From Faecousia sp. (GTDB taxonomy: Bacteria > Bacillota > Clostridia > Oscillospirales > Oscillospiraceae), in the NCBI GenBank assembly GCA_045646265.1, contig JAZRKL010000139.1, positions 12,707-76,706 of the forward strand: a stretch of DNA of 64,000 nucleotides, read 5' to 3'. This document shows, piece by piece, positions 28,748-39,415 of this stretch (positions within the stretch are counted from its first letter, which is position 1; every line of letters starts with the position of its first letter). Made by a program: the position numbers and the translations under genes. The notes under the pieces are model-generated. The model worked only from the letters and a program-made list of their open reading frames with translations, had not been told where the DNA came from and ran no database searches.

Positions 28748-29920
28748 TTATAAATATTCCTCCAACTGCCGGATGGCAGTACGGTTTTCTTCATCCATAT
28801 CGCAGGATCTCACATTTTCCCGCAGCCGCTCCAGATCCTCCGGTTGGAAAAGAAGCTTCTCTACCGCTTCCGCAATTCCCTCTGCGGATATGGGGCAAAG
28901 GAGGCCTGTGACCTCCGGCTGCAAGATCTCCCCAGCACCGCCGTTATCCGTGGATACCACAGGTTTCCCAAGGATCAGTGCCTCCAGAATGGACAGAGGA
29001 TACCCCTCATAGCGGCTGGGCTGGACATACAGGTCAGCTCTTGCGATATAGGGATAGGGGTTGTCCTTCATGCCAAGCATGGTCACATACTGCTCCATAC
29101 CAAGCTGCCGAATCTTTTCCCAGACTTCTTCCTCGGCAGGGCCGCCGCCAACGATCCACCAATGGATCTGCTTATGGCCCGTTGTTACAAGCTTTGCGCA
29201 GGCTTCCACCGCAAGATCCATTCCCTTCTCCCGGGACACTCTTCCGCAGGATACGATATGGAATTGCTCCGGTGAAAAACTTTCGGGTTTTTCTTCCATT
29301 CCTTTTTCCCGGATCTGTTCCACATCCACCAGATTGTGAACCGCTACGATTTTGTTGGCATATTCCGGACGGAAAGCACGAAGCTTCTCAGCCTGATGGT
29401 TTGACACCGTAATGACCCGCTCGCTTCTCTTGTAGCCGATCTCGTCATGATAAACCCGGCGCATGGCACCATGGTGATAAAACATCAGATACCGGTCGGC
29501 GTGAATGCCGCGAACAGCAATCTCTGCCGTACGGTCAGAATAGATCACACAGGTATCGAAGTGCTCACCCCGGAGGTTTTCCCGGATATAGCGGATGTAC
29601 AGCCGGTTCTCCACCCATTTGATGGCAGGCACCACCCACATCATAGCTTTATGTAGCCGGGATGGATTTGCGGATTCCTCCGTCAGATGGTACAACCGGG
29701 TCCAATGGTATGGCTTCCCGAAGCTGACCGCACCGTGTCGGTCCGCCACCAACAGGCGCACCTGCTTTGGAAGCCGATGGGCCATTTCCTGATAATTCCG
29801 TAAAATCAGACAGGTCACGTCATATGTTTCATAATCCAGCTGGTTCAGCAGATTCACCAGGGCCGTCTCAATGCCCCCGATCCACAAAGCCTCGGTCACA
29901 AAGATAATTTTCTTTTTCAT
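28748..29920 (-). CDS. Glycosyltransferase family 4
   Basis: GGIE, PSRYEGYPLSILEA. Confidence 0.9.
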   Translation of the reverse strand: MKKKIIFVTEALWIGGIETALVNLLNQLDYETYDVTCLILRNYQEMAHRLPKQVRLLVADRHGAVSFGKPYHWTRLYHLTEESANPSRLHKAMMWVVPAIKWVENRLYIRYIRENLRGEHFDTCVIYSDRTAEIAVRGIHADRYLMFYHHGAMRRVYHDEIGYKRSERVITVSNHQAEKLRAFRPEYANKIVAVHNLVDVEQIREKGMEEKPESFSPEQFHIVSCGRVSREKGMDLAVEACAKLVTTGHKQIHWWIVGGGPAEEEVWEKIRQLGMEQYVTMLGMKDNPYPYIARADLYVQPSRYEGYPLSILEALILGKPVVSTDNGGAGEILQPEVTGLLCPISAEGIAEAVEKLLFQPEDLERLRENVRSCDMDEENRTAIRQLEEYL

Positions 29921-29921
29921 A

Positions 29922-30923
29922 TCAAATCTCAAAACTGCTCTTTTCAGGAAGAATGGTTTTAAATGCCTGATTTAGCCGGACGGACAGAGCTTCAAAGTCC
30001 ACATTTCCTTCCGGGTCGTTGATGCAGATAAAGTCATTGGTCTGATTTTCCACAATGCCGCACATTGCTTCCAGGTTTTCCGCCGTGACACTGTTCACCA
30101 CATTGTCCACAACGCACGGCTCAAAATTGCCGGATGCCACCTGCCACCAGAGGCAGACCCACTGGTTGACGTTGGATGCCTGGCGGAATCTGTCCCGGCA
30201 GGTGCTGTGAAGCAGCACCGGTTCTGCCGCCCAAACCTCCTCAAAGGTCTTTTTCAGATAGGCACCGGGGGCATGGAGGTTCTGGAAGCCGGTGAAATAA
30301 TCTGGAAACATGGTGTTCAGCATCAAGGTACGCAGGTTATTTTTCCAGCCGTAGCACTTGCTGTAGAACTTTTTCCCGTGGTGGCGCATAGCCGCCTTTT
30401 TAGAAAAATGCTTATTGATAATGCCCAAGTTGTTGGCCACGGCATGTTCCCAGATGCCCACGGAGGCGTTGAACACCCAGGGCACTTCCCTGCCACAGGT
30501 ACAGGGTAGGCCATTGCGGAAGAACCGCTCCGGCTCCATGGGACGAAGCAAGAACATATCATCATTGAAGTAGATAAACTGCTCCGCCAGATCCGGAATT
30601 CGGTGGATGTTCATTTCGATGGCATGGGAGCTGAAGGTGGGCAGATATTCCGCAGGAATGAAATCCGTGTGTTTCACCACGTTCAGCTTGGGTGCATTGA
30701 GATTTAAAAATGCCGGAACATGGCCCCAGGTGACAAAGTGCACCGTCCGCACCCAGGGGGCGTAGGTTTCGATCGCCCGGAACCAATAGGGCAGCAGTCC
30801 CCAATCCCGGTAGCGGTTAACAGAGTCGCTGTCCGCCTCGGCGGGGGGAAGATATTCTTTTTTCTGAGCCAACCAGGCAGGGTCCGACCCATCCACCCAG
30901 AGGATCACTACATCGATATCCAT
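29922..30923 (-). CDS. Stealth-family hexose-1-phosphate transferase
   Basis: IDVVILWVDGSD, LPTFSS, YFNDDMF, ICIND. Confidence 0.9.
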   Translation of the reverse strand: MDIDVVILWVDGSDPAWLAQKKEYLPPAEADSDSVNRYRDWGLLPYWFRAIETYAPWVRTVHFVTWGHVPAFLNLNAPKLNVVKHTDFIPAEYLPTFSSHAIEMNIHRIPDLAEQFIYFNDDMFLLRPMEPERFFRNGLPCTCGREVPWVFNASVGIWEHAVANNLGIINKHFSKKAAMRHHGKKFYSKCYGWKNNLRTLMLNTMFPDYFTGFQNLHAPGAYLKKTFEEVWAAEPVLLHSTCRDRFRQASNVNQWVCLWWQVASGNFEPCVVDNVVNSVTAENLEAMCGIVENQTNDFICINDPEGNVDFEALSVRLNQAFKTILPEKSSFEI

Positions 30924-30935
30924 AATTATCTCTTC

Positions 30936-31994
30936 TCAGACTATATATTTTCCAATTACCGGAATCTTCCGTAGCAAAGCTGCACACGCAAGACTTGTTA
31001 CACTGATCAAAATCGTTATAATTGGAATCCAAAGCAGCGGCGTTTCCACCAATTGCGCAAACCCCAAAATATCCCACAGAACACTAATCAGCAAGGCATG
31101 AACCAAGTAAGCACCAAAACCCAACTGCGCTACATACCGGGAAACGCTCCTAACGATACCTGTATTGGCAATTCGGTTGCGGAATAAGTAAAAGATGGCT
31201 GCAGCAGCAAGGATCATATTGGGCATCAGCGTTCCAGATATCTGCATCAACCGTTCTCCCGTTGTAGCGGACAGGATATAATCTCCTATAGGCGCTGCCA
31301 CCAGACACAGTATACCGCCGGCATAAAGCAGATTTTCTTGTCTCTTTGTCAGCGTAACCGTTGTCAGGTAATACCCCAACACATAATATCCCGTATATCC
31401 TGCTGCAAACTGGAAATGCAAATTATCCGCCACCGGCTGCAGTAGAACACCAACCTTCGGTAAATGTACAGCAACGCGGGTCAGTGTCTCCCACAAAATA
31501 AATAGTACCAGATACCATTGCATCAGTTCTTTTTCTCTAGTAATTCTGCGGAGGAAAGGAGTTACCATATACAGACCTATCAACATAACAAGATACCATA
31601 AATGGTACTCTCCACGAATCAATTCGGTAATCTCCCACTTCCACTGGATCTGGGTCACACCATTGATAGGGTATACCACGCAAATCATATAGATTTCATA
31701 AATTGCCGACCACACAGCAAAGGCAATCAGCGCCCTCAGAATATACTTTTTCAGTTTGTCCGCGCCCACATTTCTGTCTGGATCCAACAGAAAACTGCCT
31801 GTAATCATTACAAACACCGGTACACCCCAAGTTCCCCGAAATAAGTTGCTGACTAGAAACTGTGCAGAATTCACCGGGAGCTGCTGCCAGGGTTTTACCG
31901 CAACATGCAGACAAACCACACAAAGAAAGGCACACAGCTTCAGCAAATCGAGTCCTGTTTGCCTCATATTGAGATTGCCATTTCCTTTTTCCAT
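30936..31994 (-). CDS. Acyltransferase_3 family O-acyltransferase
   Basis: Multi-TM; LDLLK...H, VPVFVMITG, YHLWYL, YLVH. Confidence 0.85.
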   Translation of the reverse strand: MEKGNGNLNMRQTGLDLLKLCAFLCVVCLHVAVKPWQQLPVNSAQFLVSNLFRGTWGVPVFVMITGSFLLDPDRNVGADKLKKYILRALIAFAVWSAIYEIYMICVVYPINGVTQIQWKWEITELIRGEYHLWYLVMLIGLYMVTPFLRRITREKELMQWYLVLFILWETLTRVAVHLPKVGVLLQPVADNLHFQFAAGYTGYYVLGYYLTTVTLTKRQENLLYAGGILCLVAAPIGDYILSATTGERLMQISGTLMPNMILAAAAIFYLFRNRIANTGIVRSVSRYVAQLGFGAYLVHALLISVLWDILGFAQLVETPLLWIPIITILISVTSLACAALLRKIPVIGKYIV

Positions 31995-32000
31995 AACCTT

Positions 32001-33014
32001 TTACCCTTTCATCAGGCCATGACTTTTGGCCCAAACTGCCGCTTTATGGCGCAGGGCAGTTTTCTTACTTTGCAGCAGCAAGGACACTGCTTTCTCCTCC
32101 ATCAGCAGCTGATGGAATTTGCTTTTCTCACTGTTTATTTTCCGTTCCCGGTACCACTCGGCATACTCCTGACAGATCCTGCGGATCCCCGCGAGGTCAG
32201 ATACATTGATCTTGCCCCAGGCTAGACTCTGGTGCAGCATCAGTAGCACATTATTTCTCTGTTCTATCGGAACTGTTTCCAAACCATCAAGGGCGGATTC
32301 AATATGCTTTAGGAATGCCGGGATATTCTCGATCCGTCTCAAACGCCGTCCGGCATTGCCCTCATCTTCCGACTGGCGGTACTGATAGATTGCTGTAGGA
32401 ACATTCAGAATCGTTTCGCAGTTTTGAAGATAACGAAGAACAAATTCAAGATCCTCATAGAGGAACATATCCTCTCTCATTTCTAACACGCAGTTCTTCA
32501 GGATATCCCGCTTAAAAATCTTTGTACAGGAAGAACTAAGAGAATTACGCTCAAAAAGCGCCTGAAACGATTCGCTCCAATCAGCCTTTGGCAGAAGTAT
32601 ATTTCTGTCATAATACATGCTGTCTTTTCGGTAACATGCTCCCTTACGGTAGAAATTAAATGACAGGCCGTAGATCACAAGGTCTGCCTGCGCACACCGA
32701 GGATCGGCAAGCAGTGCTTTCATAGAAATGGAGTCCAGTGTATCGTCTGCATCCACAAACAACAACCTTTCTCCCGCAGCCTCCCGAAGGCCCCGGTTTC
32801 TGGCAGCGGACGCGCCGGCATTGACCTGGTGGACCACCCGAATTTCCGGACACTGCATTGCCAAAGTATCACATAATGCCCCGGAGCCATCCGTAGAACC
32901 GTCGTCGACCAGCAAAATCTCAAAAGATTCCGCTCCAACGGCCCGAATGCTCTCCACACAGGCAGAAAGATATTCTTTGCAGTTGTAAACCGGAACGATA
33001 AAACTGTAGTCCAT
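32001..33014 (-). CDS. Glycosyltransferase family 2
   Basis: IVPVYN, VDDGSTD, FVDADD, YED. Confidence 0.9.
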   Translation of the reverse strand: MDYSFIVPVYNCKEYLSACVESIRAVGAESFEILLVDDGSTDGSGALCDTLAMQCPEIRVVHQVNAGASAARNRGLREAAGERLLFVDADDTLDSISMKALLADPRCAQADLVIYGLSFNFYRKGACYRKDSMYYDRNILLPKADWSESFQALFERNSLSSSCTKIFKRDILKNCVLEMREDMFLYEDLEFVLRYLQNCETILNVPTAIYQYRQSEDEGNAGRRLRRIENIPAFLKHIESALDGLETVPIEQRNNVLLMLHQSLAWGKINVSDLAGIRRICQEYAEWYRERKINSEKSKFHQLLMEEKAVSLLLQSKKTALRHKAAVWAKSHGLMKG

Positions 33015-34117
33015 TATTTCACATCCCACATAAACCGATAATTCAGATAGTTGTCCACTTCCACTGCTATCTCCACACCAATGATATAGGTATTGTAAAA
33101 CCACAGGAAAAACAGAGAAAGGATAATCGCCATTACCCATAAGCTCCGCTTGGTAAAAGGAAACACAGGGGGCATTCCGGCAGGTTGCGGATAACGCTCC
33201 CGCTCAAAGAAAACCAGCGGCACATAAAGGATCGAGAGCTGAAAATAATAGTCTGCAAGCCGGGTAAAAATATTATTGAAGCCCGAAAGCATCTGCAGAA
33301 TTGCAGCCACCGCCAAAACATGAAACAACGAAGAAAAGGTCCGCCCCTGAAAGCCTTTAAACAGGATACCGAAGACACAGAGCAGGCAGATCATGATAAA
33401 TCTGCTGCCAAGCTCGCCGGAAAAAATCTCAACAGCATCGTCCTCATAATAAAAGGACATGATAAACTTCACAAATTGGTCCTTGAATATATTTATCAGA
33501 ATTCCCGCTGCCACATAAATCAGCACCATCCATAAAGAGACCTTCTGCCGTGCCAGCCAGTAAGCAGGGAGAAAGATCAGCGCCGGGGAATGGACAAAAC
33601 CCGCCAGGGCCATCATCGCAAGGTATAAGGATAGTCTCCGCTCAGCAATACCGATAAAGGCCAACATGACAAAATTCATAGCCAGAGCCTGCTTGATAGC
33701 ACTGAATCCAAAGATATAGAAGCCCAGGCAGTTCCAAACAAGATAGCTCATCCAGGGCATTGGGGAATAACGATAGATCAGCACCGCAACCACAATTGCA
33801 CTAAAAATAGCCAGAATCACCAGAAACGGTTGGAACTGATTGTTAAACAGCAACGCAATCAGCTTCATCAGCATGGTAAAACCGGTGTTTCTGCCCTCAC
33901 TTAGGACATGCTCACTAAACCAGCTATGCTCATACAGGTGGGCATAATTCCACTGGTACTTCAGCAGGTCACCGGTGAGGTACTGATACCGGAAACCCAG
34001 AATAAAGGCATGGATCGCCGCCATGAGCACAATATAATATTTTCGTTTTTCCCCCTGCTGGGGCATCAGCAGGCCCAAAATCAGGGTTGCCAAAACAACA
34101 AATACATAAACGCTCAT
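33014..34117 (-). CDS. epsG: EpsG-family polysaccharide polymerase (Wzy-like)
   Basis: About 10 TM helices; GFR...GDL..Y, IKQALA, H.PAL, RLADYY. Confidence 0.8.
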   Translation of the reverse strand: MSVYVFVVLATLILGLLMPQQGEKRKYYIVLMAAIHAFILGFRYQYLTGDLLKYQWNYAHLYEHSWFSEHVLSEGRNTGFTMLMKLIALLFNNQFQPFLVILAIFSAIVVAVLIYRYSPMPWMSYLVWNCLGFYIFGFSAIKQALAMNFVMLAFIGIAERRLSLYLAMMALAGFVHSPALIFLPAYWLARQKVSLWMVLIYVAAGILINIFKDQFVKFIMSFYYEDDAVEIFSGELGSRFIMICLLCVFGILFKGFQGRTFSSLFHVLAVAAILQMLSGFNNIFTRLADYYFQLSILYVPLVFFERERYPQPAGMPPVFPFTKRSLWVMAIILSLFFLWFYNTYIIGVEIAVEVDNYLNYRFMWDVK

Positions 34118-34133
34118 GGCGCACTCCTTGTAA

Positions 34134-35258
34134 CTAACCTTTCTTTTTTCCCTTCAGGACGCTGTGGAAAAAGCTTTCTGTTTCCGCTATCCGCTCTGCT
34201 TTTGAAAAAGCTTTCCCTCGCAGCTTTGCCGCCCGGGCATACTGTTCCCGCAGCTTAGGATCCTCCAGCATTTTTTTCATACCGGCGTATATTCCTTCTA
34301 CACTATCTTCTGTGATCAAACCATATTGGGAATTTCCTAAAAGTTCCTGCATTCCGCTGCAAGGTGTGGTGACAACAGGTTTTCCAAGAATCAACGCTTC
34401 TGTAACAACGGTACTGAAGCCTTCATACCGGGAAGAGCAGACCACCAAATCCGCAGCATGCAAATAGGGATACGGGTTTGTCTGAAACCCCAGCAGATGT
34501 ACCTGATCCTCCAAACTATTTTGCCGGATCAGTTCTTCCAGACTCTGGCGCACCGGTCCTTCTCCCAGTATCTGTAACCGGAACTTACAACCATCCTTCT
34601 CCAGCATAGCACAGGCATTTATAAGCCGGTCAAATCCCTTTTCCTCTGCTAAACGGCCCACGGCGACCATAACGAGCACATTTTCTTTTGGCACAGCAAA
34701 TGCTTGCGCCTTCTTTAGGATTTCTTCTTCATCGTTGACATTGTACAAAACCAATGCTTCCGACTTTTCCCCAAACAGGCGAACAAAGCTGTCTTTCACA
34801 TTCTCGGAAACGCAGACTACCTTATCATAGGCACTGTAGTATTCCTTCATTTTTTGCATCTGCTCGGCGATCCCCTCTTTTTTCATAAGATCGCAGTGGA
34901 CCCATGCCAGCTTTTTTGCCTTTTGATTTGTGGAGCCGGCCAGGAACTTGGTAGGACCACATTCCAGATAGGCCACCTCGATATCATAGTCATCTTTGAT
35001 GTACAGCGGATACAGCCATTTCAGTTCGGCGCACAGCCGCACCCAATAATGGAACAGCTTTTTCCCCCAGGCCGTTTTGCAGCGGTTGATGGCTTTATAG
35101 CGGATTCCGGGAGCAAGATACTGTTTCGCATCCGCCTGTTCCAGCGTCTGCACCGTGATCTCGAACTTGTTTTGATCCATATTGTTCACCAGGGTTCGCA
35201 GAACCTTTTCCGCACCGCCGCCGGTGATACTGTCAATAAAAAAGAGAATTTTGATCAT
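34134..35258 (-). CDS. Glycosyltransferase family 4
   Basis: GGGAEK, SRYEGFSTVVTEA. Confidence 0.9.
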   Translation of the reverse strand: MIKILFFIDSITGGGAEKVLRTLVNNMDQNKFEITVQTLEQADAKQYLAPGIRYKAINRCKTAWGKKLFHYWVRLCAELKWLYPLYIKDDYDIEVAYLECGPTKFLAGSTNQKAKKLAWVHCDLMKKEGIAEQMQKMKEYYSAYDKVVCVSENVKDSFVRLFGEKSEALVLYNVNDEEEILKKAQAFAVPKENVLVMVAVGRLAEEKGFDRLINACAMLEKDGCKFRLQILGEGPVRQSLEELIRQNSLEDQVHLLGFQTNPYPYLHAADLVVCSSRYEGFSTVVTEALILGKPVVTTPCSGMQELLGNSQYGLITEDSVEGIYAGMKKMLEDPKLREQYARAAKLRGKAFSKAERIAETESFFHSVLKGKKKG

Positions 35259-35263
35259 AAATA

Positions 35264-36358
35264 CTACCTTTTATCGTAAATCTGATAGATTTTCTCCATC
35301 GCCGTTTCCACAGCATAGTCCGAGTCCTGCAGCTGTCGGTTATAATATTCCATATCTGACCGATGCAGTGTCAAAATTGCTTCCACCCAGGCCCCTTTTG
35401 CATCCTGCAAGGACAGCGGATGGATCAGATCCGTTAAAAACACATCCTCCGGAACCCTGTCAGAGATCACGCAGGGCAGGCCGTTGGCCTGGACTTCCAG
35501 GATAGACAGCGGCAGGCCCTCATAAAGTGACGGAAACACAAAAACATCCATGGCGCTTAAGTAATCCGCCACATTGGTCACATTTCCGGTCATAATCACA
35601 TGGTTTTGGAGTTTCATGTCCCGTATCTTCTGCTCCAGCATAGGACGGTCCGCTCCCTCACCCAGAAGAAGCAACAATGCCTTTGGCTTTTTCTCCAAAA
35701 TAAGAGGCATTAGATCCAGGAGAAAAGCTTGATTCTTTACATCCACCAAATGCCCGGCATGACCAAGTATAAAAGCATCTTCCGCATTCAGCTGCTTTCT
35801 GATGGTCTCTCTTTTCTCTTCACAGTAGGCAAAAGCAGGAATATCAATGCCGTTGAGCACCAACTGCCCCCGTTTTTCGTAAGCACGAGGCCCATAGAGC
35901 CGCCGTCCGGCCTTTACCCCGCAGGCCACCAGGTCCGTAGCACAGGACAGAATCAGAAAACGCATGACTGCTTCATAGATGGATTTCACCAAGCTTTTCC
36001 CATCATCCAATGCGGAATGGGCATGCGCCACCCGGACAGGCACACCGGAAAGTTTCGCCGCCAGCATCACCCATCCGGAGCTAAACATCGTATGGACATG
36101 AACTGTGTGATACTTTTCCCGGCGCATGATCCGAAGCAGCTCTTTCAGGTAGTTTATGTAATTATCGGCAGGCTCCGGGACATGAAAGCTCTTACACCCC
36201 TTGTCCAGCAGCTGCTGCTCATAGATTCCCACCTTTTCCCGAAGGATCAGCAGATGGACCTCATATTTTCTAGGATCCGCATACCATGCGATATCCCGTA
36301 CCACTTTTTCCGCGCCGCCGATATCCAAAACCGGTGCCACCAGCAGAATCTTTTTCAT
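35264..36358 (-). CDS. Glycosyltransferase family 4
   Basis: GGAEK, PSLYEGLPLSILEVQ. Confidence 0.9.
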   Translation of the reverse strand: MKKILLVAPVLDIGGAEKVVRDIAWYADPRKYEVHLLILREKVGIYEQQLLDKGCKSFHVPEPADNYINYLKELLRIMRREKYHTVHVHTMFSSGWVMLAAKLSGVPVRVAHAHSALDDGKSLVKSIYEAVMRFLILSCATDLVACGVKAGRRLYGPRAYEKRGQLVLNGIDIPAFAYCEEKRETIRKQLNAEDAFILGHAGHLVDVKNQAFLLDLMPLILEKKPKALLLLLGEGADRPMLEQKIRDMKLQNHVIMTGNVTNVADYLSAMDVFVFPSLYEGLPLSILEVQANGLPCVISDRVPEDVFLTDLIHPLSLQDAKGAWVEAILTLHRSDMEYYNRQLQDSDYAVETAMEKIYQIYDKR

Positions 36359-36370
36359 TGTACCATTCCT

Positions 36371-37369
36371 TTATTGTTTCTGACTTGCCGCCATTGCACG
36401 CAAACCAGTCAACCAGTCAATCATCATTGCCATTCGCATTTGGACCGGAATTGCAATCAGCTGACATTTCCAATCTGCCGGTTTGATCGATTCCTCCAGG
36501 AATTGATTGCAAACACTGCGAATTCTCTTTCTTCTCTCTTTTGGTGTCATATCACCTTTACGGAGGTCCTTGCATACCGAGTAGACGCTTCTGTAAAAGG
36601 ACCATGTTACAGCAGCTTGAATAGCTTTCTTTTCGCCCGCTGGCCAATCGCAATCTTTAATTAGGAAAAACATTCTTTTATGGACATTAAGAAGTTGGTC
36701 GCATAAATATGGTCTGTATTTTCTGGTCAATGACTCGCCGTTACTAACATCGATATAATATACAGGAATATTTTCTGTCCAAATGCTACGCGTGTGAAGA
36801 ATGTATGCAAAAACAAAAACCGTATCTTCTCCAACGGACAAATTCTCCTGAAAGCAAATGCCTTGTTGCAGAATAATCTCTCTGCGAAAAACTTTTGCAG
36901 GCAATGCATCTAACTGCAAACCACGGAGCAGCGTATTCAGTTTTTGATATATATTAAGTTCCTGATCCTGCATTGCTTTGCTGAAATCCGCACTGGCCTT
37001 TACTCCCGAAGTATACTGCTCTCCGAACAGCAGTAAGTCCGCCTTTTCCCTTGACAATGCAGCATCAATTATTTGAAAATATGTATGGCTGACATAATCA
37101 TCACTGTCCACAAAAAGCACATATTCGCCCTGTGCCTCGGACAATCCTACGTTTCTCGCAGCGGACACACCCCTGTTCTCCTGGGCAAAATACCGTATAT
37201 TCCTGTATTTTTGTTGGTATTCTCTACAGATGTCTCCACTCCTATCTGTAGATCCGTCATTGATTAGCAGCAACTCCACATCTTCCCGGCCCTGCGCAAT
37301 AAGGCTTTCGATACATCGTACCAGTGTGTTTTCTGCATTATATATTGGTATAATTACAGAATATGTCAT
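36371..37369 (-). CDS. Glycosyltransferase family 2
   Basis: IIPIYN, INDGSTD, FVDSDD, GED. Confidence 0.9.
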   Translation of the reverse strand: MTYSVIIPIYNAENTLVRCIESLIAQGREDVELLLINDGSTDRSGDICREYQQKYRNIRYFAQENRGVSAARNVGLSEAQGEYVLFVDSDDYVSHTYFQIIDAALSREKADLLLFGEQYTSGVKASADFSKAMQDQELNIYQKLNTLLRGLQLDALPAKVFRREIILQQGICFQENLSVGEDTVFVFAYILHTRSIWTENIPVYYIDVSNGESLTRKYRPYLCDQLLNVHKRMFFLIKDCDWPAGEKKAIQAAVTWSFYRSVYSVCKDLRKGDMTPKERRKRIRSVCNQFLEESIKPADWKCQLIAIPVQMRMAMMIDWLTGLRAMAASQKQ

Positions 37370-37461
37370 TCAATCGCCTCCATAGCAACTGCACATTTTT
37401 CTCTTCCGGTTTAACATATGGTCACAACGTTATGAACTGTAACAGATAATACTATTGTGGC

Positions 37462-38610
37462 CTATTTCTCTGACACAATTCGATCAATCATTTTCAGAAT
37501 TGTCGACTGTATTGATTCAACTGCATACTTCAAAGACATGGCCTGATTCCTCTCTCCGATTTGCTTTCTCCGTGAGGGATCACTGATCAAAATATGCAAA
37601 TGCTCCGCAAACTTGTCTGCATCTTCCGGACCACACGAAAAACCCGTTACACCGTTTTCCACATAATCGGGAATTCCCTGAATGTTGGAGGTTACCAGTG
37701 GCAAACCGGAAGCCATTGCCTCGAGGCAAGCAAGACCCAGCCCCTCTCTTTTGGAGGGATGTGCAAAAATGTCGGCAGCATGCATGATTTCCGGAATATC
37801 CTTCCGGTATCCAAGGAAACGCACCTGATCCTGAAGACCCAGTTTTTGCGTCAGCTCTTCCAAATGTCCCTGCAGGACGCCCTTTCCGCAAAGATAATAC
37901 TTAATACTGGGATTCTGCAGTTGGGCAATGGCCCGAAGGATCACCTCATGGTTTTTCCGAGTCTGCAGTTCTCCTACGGACAGCACAAGGATATCGCTTG
38001 TCTGAATACCCAGTTCCTTCCGTTTTTCCTCCCGGGATACTGTGCACTGGCGCTTAGAAAAGTCCACACCAATGCCATCAATGTGTTCTACTCTGGGGCA
38101 ATGGAAAGTCTTTGCCCGGGCTTCGTCCTCGCGGTTAATGGTCACGATCATATCACAAAACCGTGACATAACCCGCTCCACCGGGTAGAAGATCAGCCAG
38201 TTGGTAAGGCTCGCGCCCTTATAAAAGTGGAAGCCGTGGCACATATAGATGACCTTGGTTCCGGTTTTTCTTGCTTTTCTGGCAGCAAGGCGGGTAACAA
38301 CACCCATTACCGGCTCATTGGTCCAGATGATGTCATAATGGTTTTCCTGCAGCAGACGCTTCATATCTCCATATCCCAGAAGATTTCTGGGCGACGCAGG
38401 GCTGCGCTCCAGACGAACCGTGTGGATCACGCAAGGGACATCTTCCAGTGCTTTGCGCACATCCTCTAACCGGTCACCCACCACAGAGCAGGCAATTTCC
38501 ACACAGAAGCCGTTCTCCGACAAATATTTCACATGGGGTATCAGAAACTGGATCATCATCATATCCGTAGAGGTAATCAATATTTTTCCCATCATTCTTC
38601 TCCAGTCCAT
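37462..38610 (-). CDS. Glycosyltransferase family 4 (EpsD-like)
   Basis: HGFHFYKGA, PSKREGLGLACLEA. Confidence 0.9.
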   Translation of the reverse strand: MDWRRMMGKILITSTDMMMIQFLIPHVKYLSENGFCVEIACSVVGDRLEDVRKALEDVPCVIHTVRLERSPASPRNLLGYGDMKRLLQENHYDIIWTNEPVMGVVTRLAARKARKTGTKVIYMCHGFHFYKGASLTNWLIFYPVERVMSRFCDMIVTINREDEARAKTFHCPRVEHIDGIGVDFSKRQCTVSREEKRKELGIQTSDILVLSVGELQTRKNHEVILRAIAQLQNPSIKYYLCGKGVLQGHLEELTQKLGLQDQVRFLGYRKDIPEIMHAADIFAHPSKREGLGLACLEAMASGLPLVTSNIQGIPDYVENGVTGFSCGPEDADKFAEHLHILISDPSRRKQIGERNQAMSLKYAVESIQSTILKMIDRIVSEK

Positions 38611-38701
38611 TTCATCCTTAAATATGCCGCTATATCAGTTGCTTTCAATTTATTGTTATGCTATAATTTCGACATGTATCACGCTTTGGGAGACATTAGC
38701 C

Positions 38702-39355
38702 ATGTCAATAAAGAGAAAAATCATAGAATGGTGGAAGTGTTGTCGGCTCTTTTCATGGATTGAAAAAAGAATCAACCGTCACTTCATAAAGAAACTCCAA
38801 AACAAGGATTTTACGATTCTCTGCTCAAATTGCATCGGCGGATATATCTATCACCGGCTGGAGCAACAGTTTCAAACCCCAACCATCAACACCTATATAA
38901 AACCCAGCGAATTCATCCATTTTTGCCTTCATTTAGACTACTATCTAGCCCAAAAGCTTCAGTTTATTGATACACCAAACGATTTTCCCGTGGCTCAGCT
39001 GGCAGGAACCGGAGATATCCCTACCATTACAATTCTCTTCATCCACGAAGAGAGTATGGAAGACGCGAACCAAAATTGGGAACGCAGAAAAGTAAGAGTC
39101 AATAAAGAAAATCTGTATGTCGTATACCATCTGATTGATGGTCTGACAGCGGAAGAAGCAAAAAAGCTTGCAGATTTCCCCTGTAACAATATTGTTTTAC
39201 TCACCGCAAAACCGCTTCCGGACATTCCCTGGTCCTACTACATAAAACCCAATATGCGATACCAATATCCGTACACATATTTAGGAAAGAACATATTCGG
39301 CATGTGCCACTTTGAAAGAGAATTTGATTATGTTTCTTTCCTCAATAAGAAATAG
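38702..39355 (+). CDS. DUF1919-family exopolysaccharide biosynthesis protein
   Basis: FTILCSNCIGGYIYH..L...F.TPTIN, WERRKVR; GGAG RBS; own promoter TTGCTT-N17-TATAAT upstream. Confidence 0.8.
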   Translation: MSIKRKIIEWWKCCRLFSWIEKRINRHFIKKLQNKDFTILCSNCIGGYIYHRLEQQFQTPTINTYIKPSEFIHFCLHLDYYLAQKLQFIDTPNDFPVAQLAGTGDIPTITILFIHEESMEDANQNWERRKVRVNKENLYVVYHLIDGLTAEEAKKLADFPCNNIVLLTAKPLPDIPWSYYIKPNMRYQYPYTYLGKNIFGMCHFEREFDYVSFLNKK

Positions 39356-39375
39356 CCCCTAAATCTATCCATCCC

Positions 39376-39408
39376 CCGGAAAACGCATGATGCGTTTTCC
39401 GGTTTTTT
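39376..39408. terminator. Terminator between convergent genes
   Basis: CCGGAAAACGCAT-G-ATGCGTTTTCCGG followed by a T-tract. Confidence 0.65.
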
Positions 39409-39415
39409 CTGCAAA

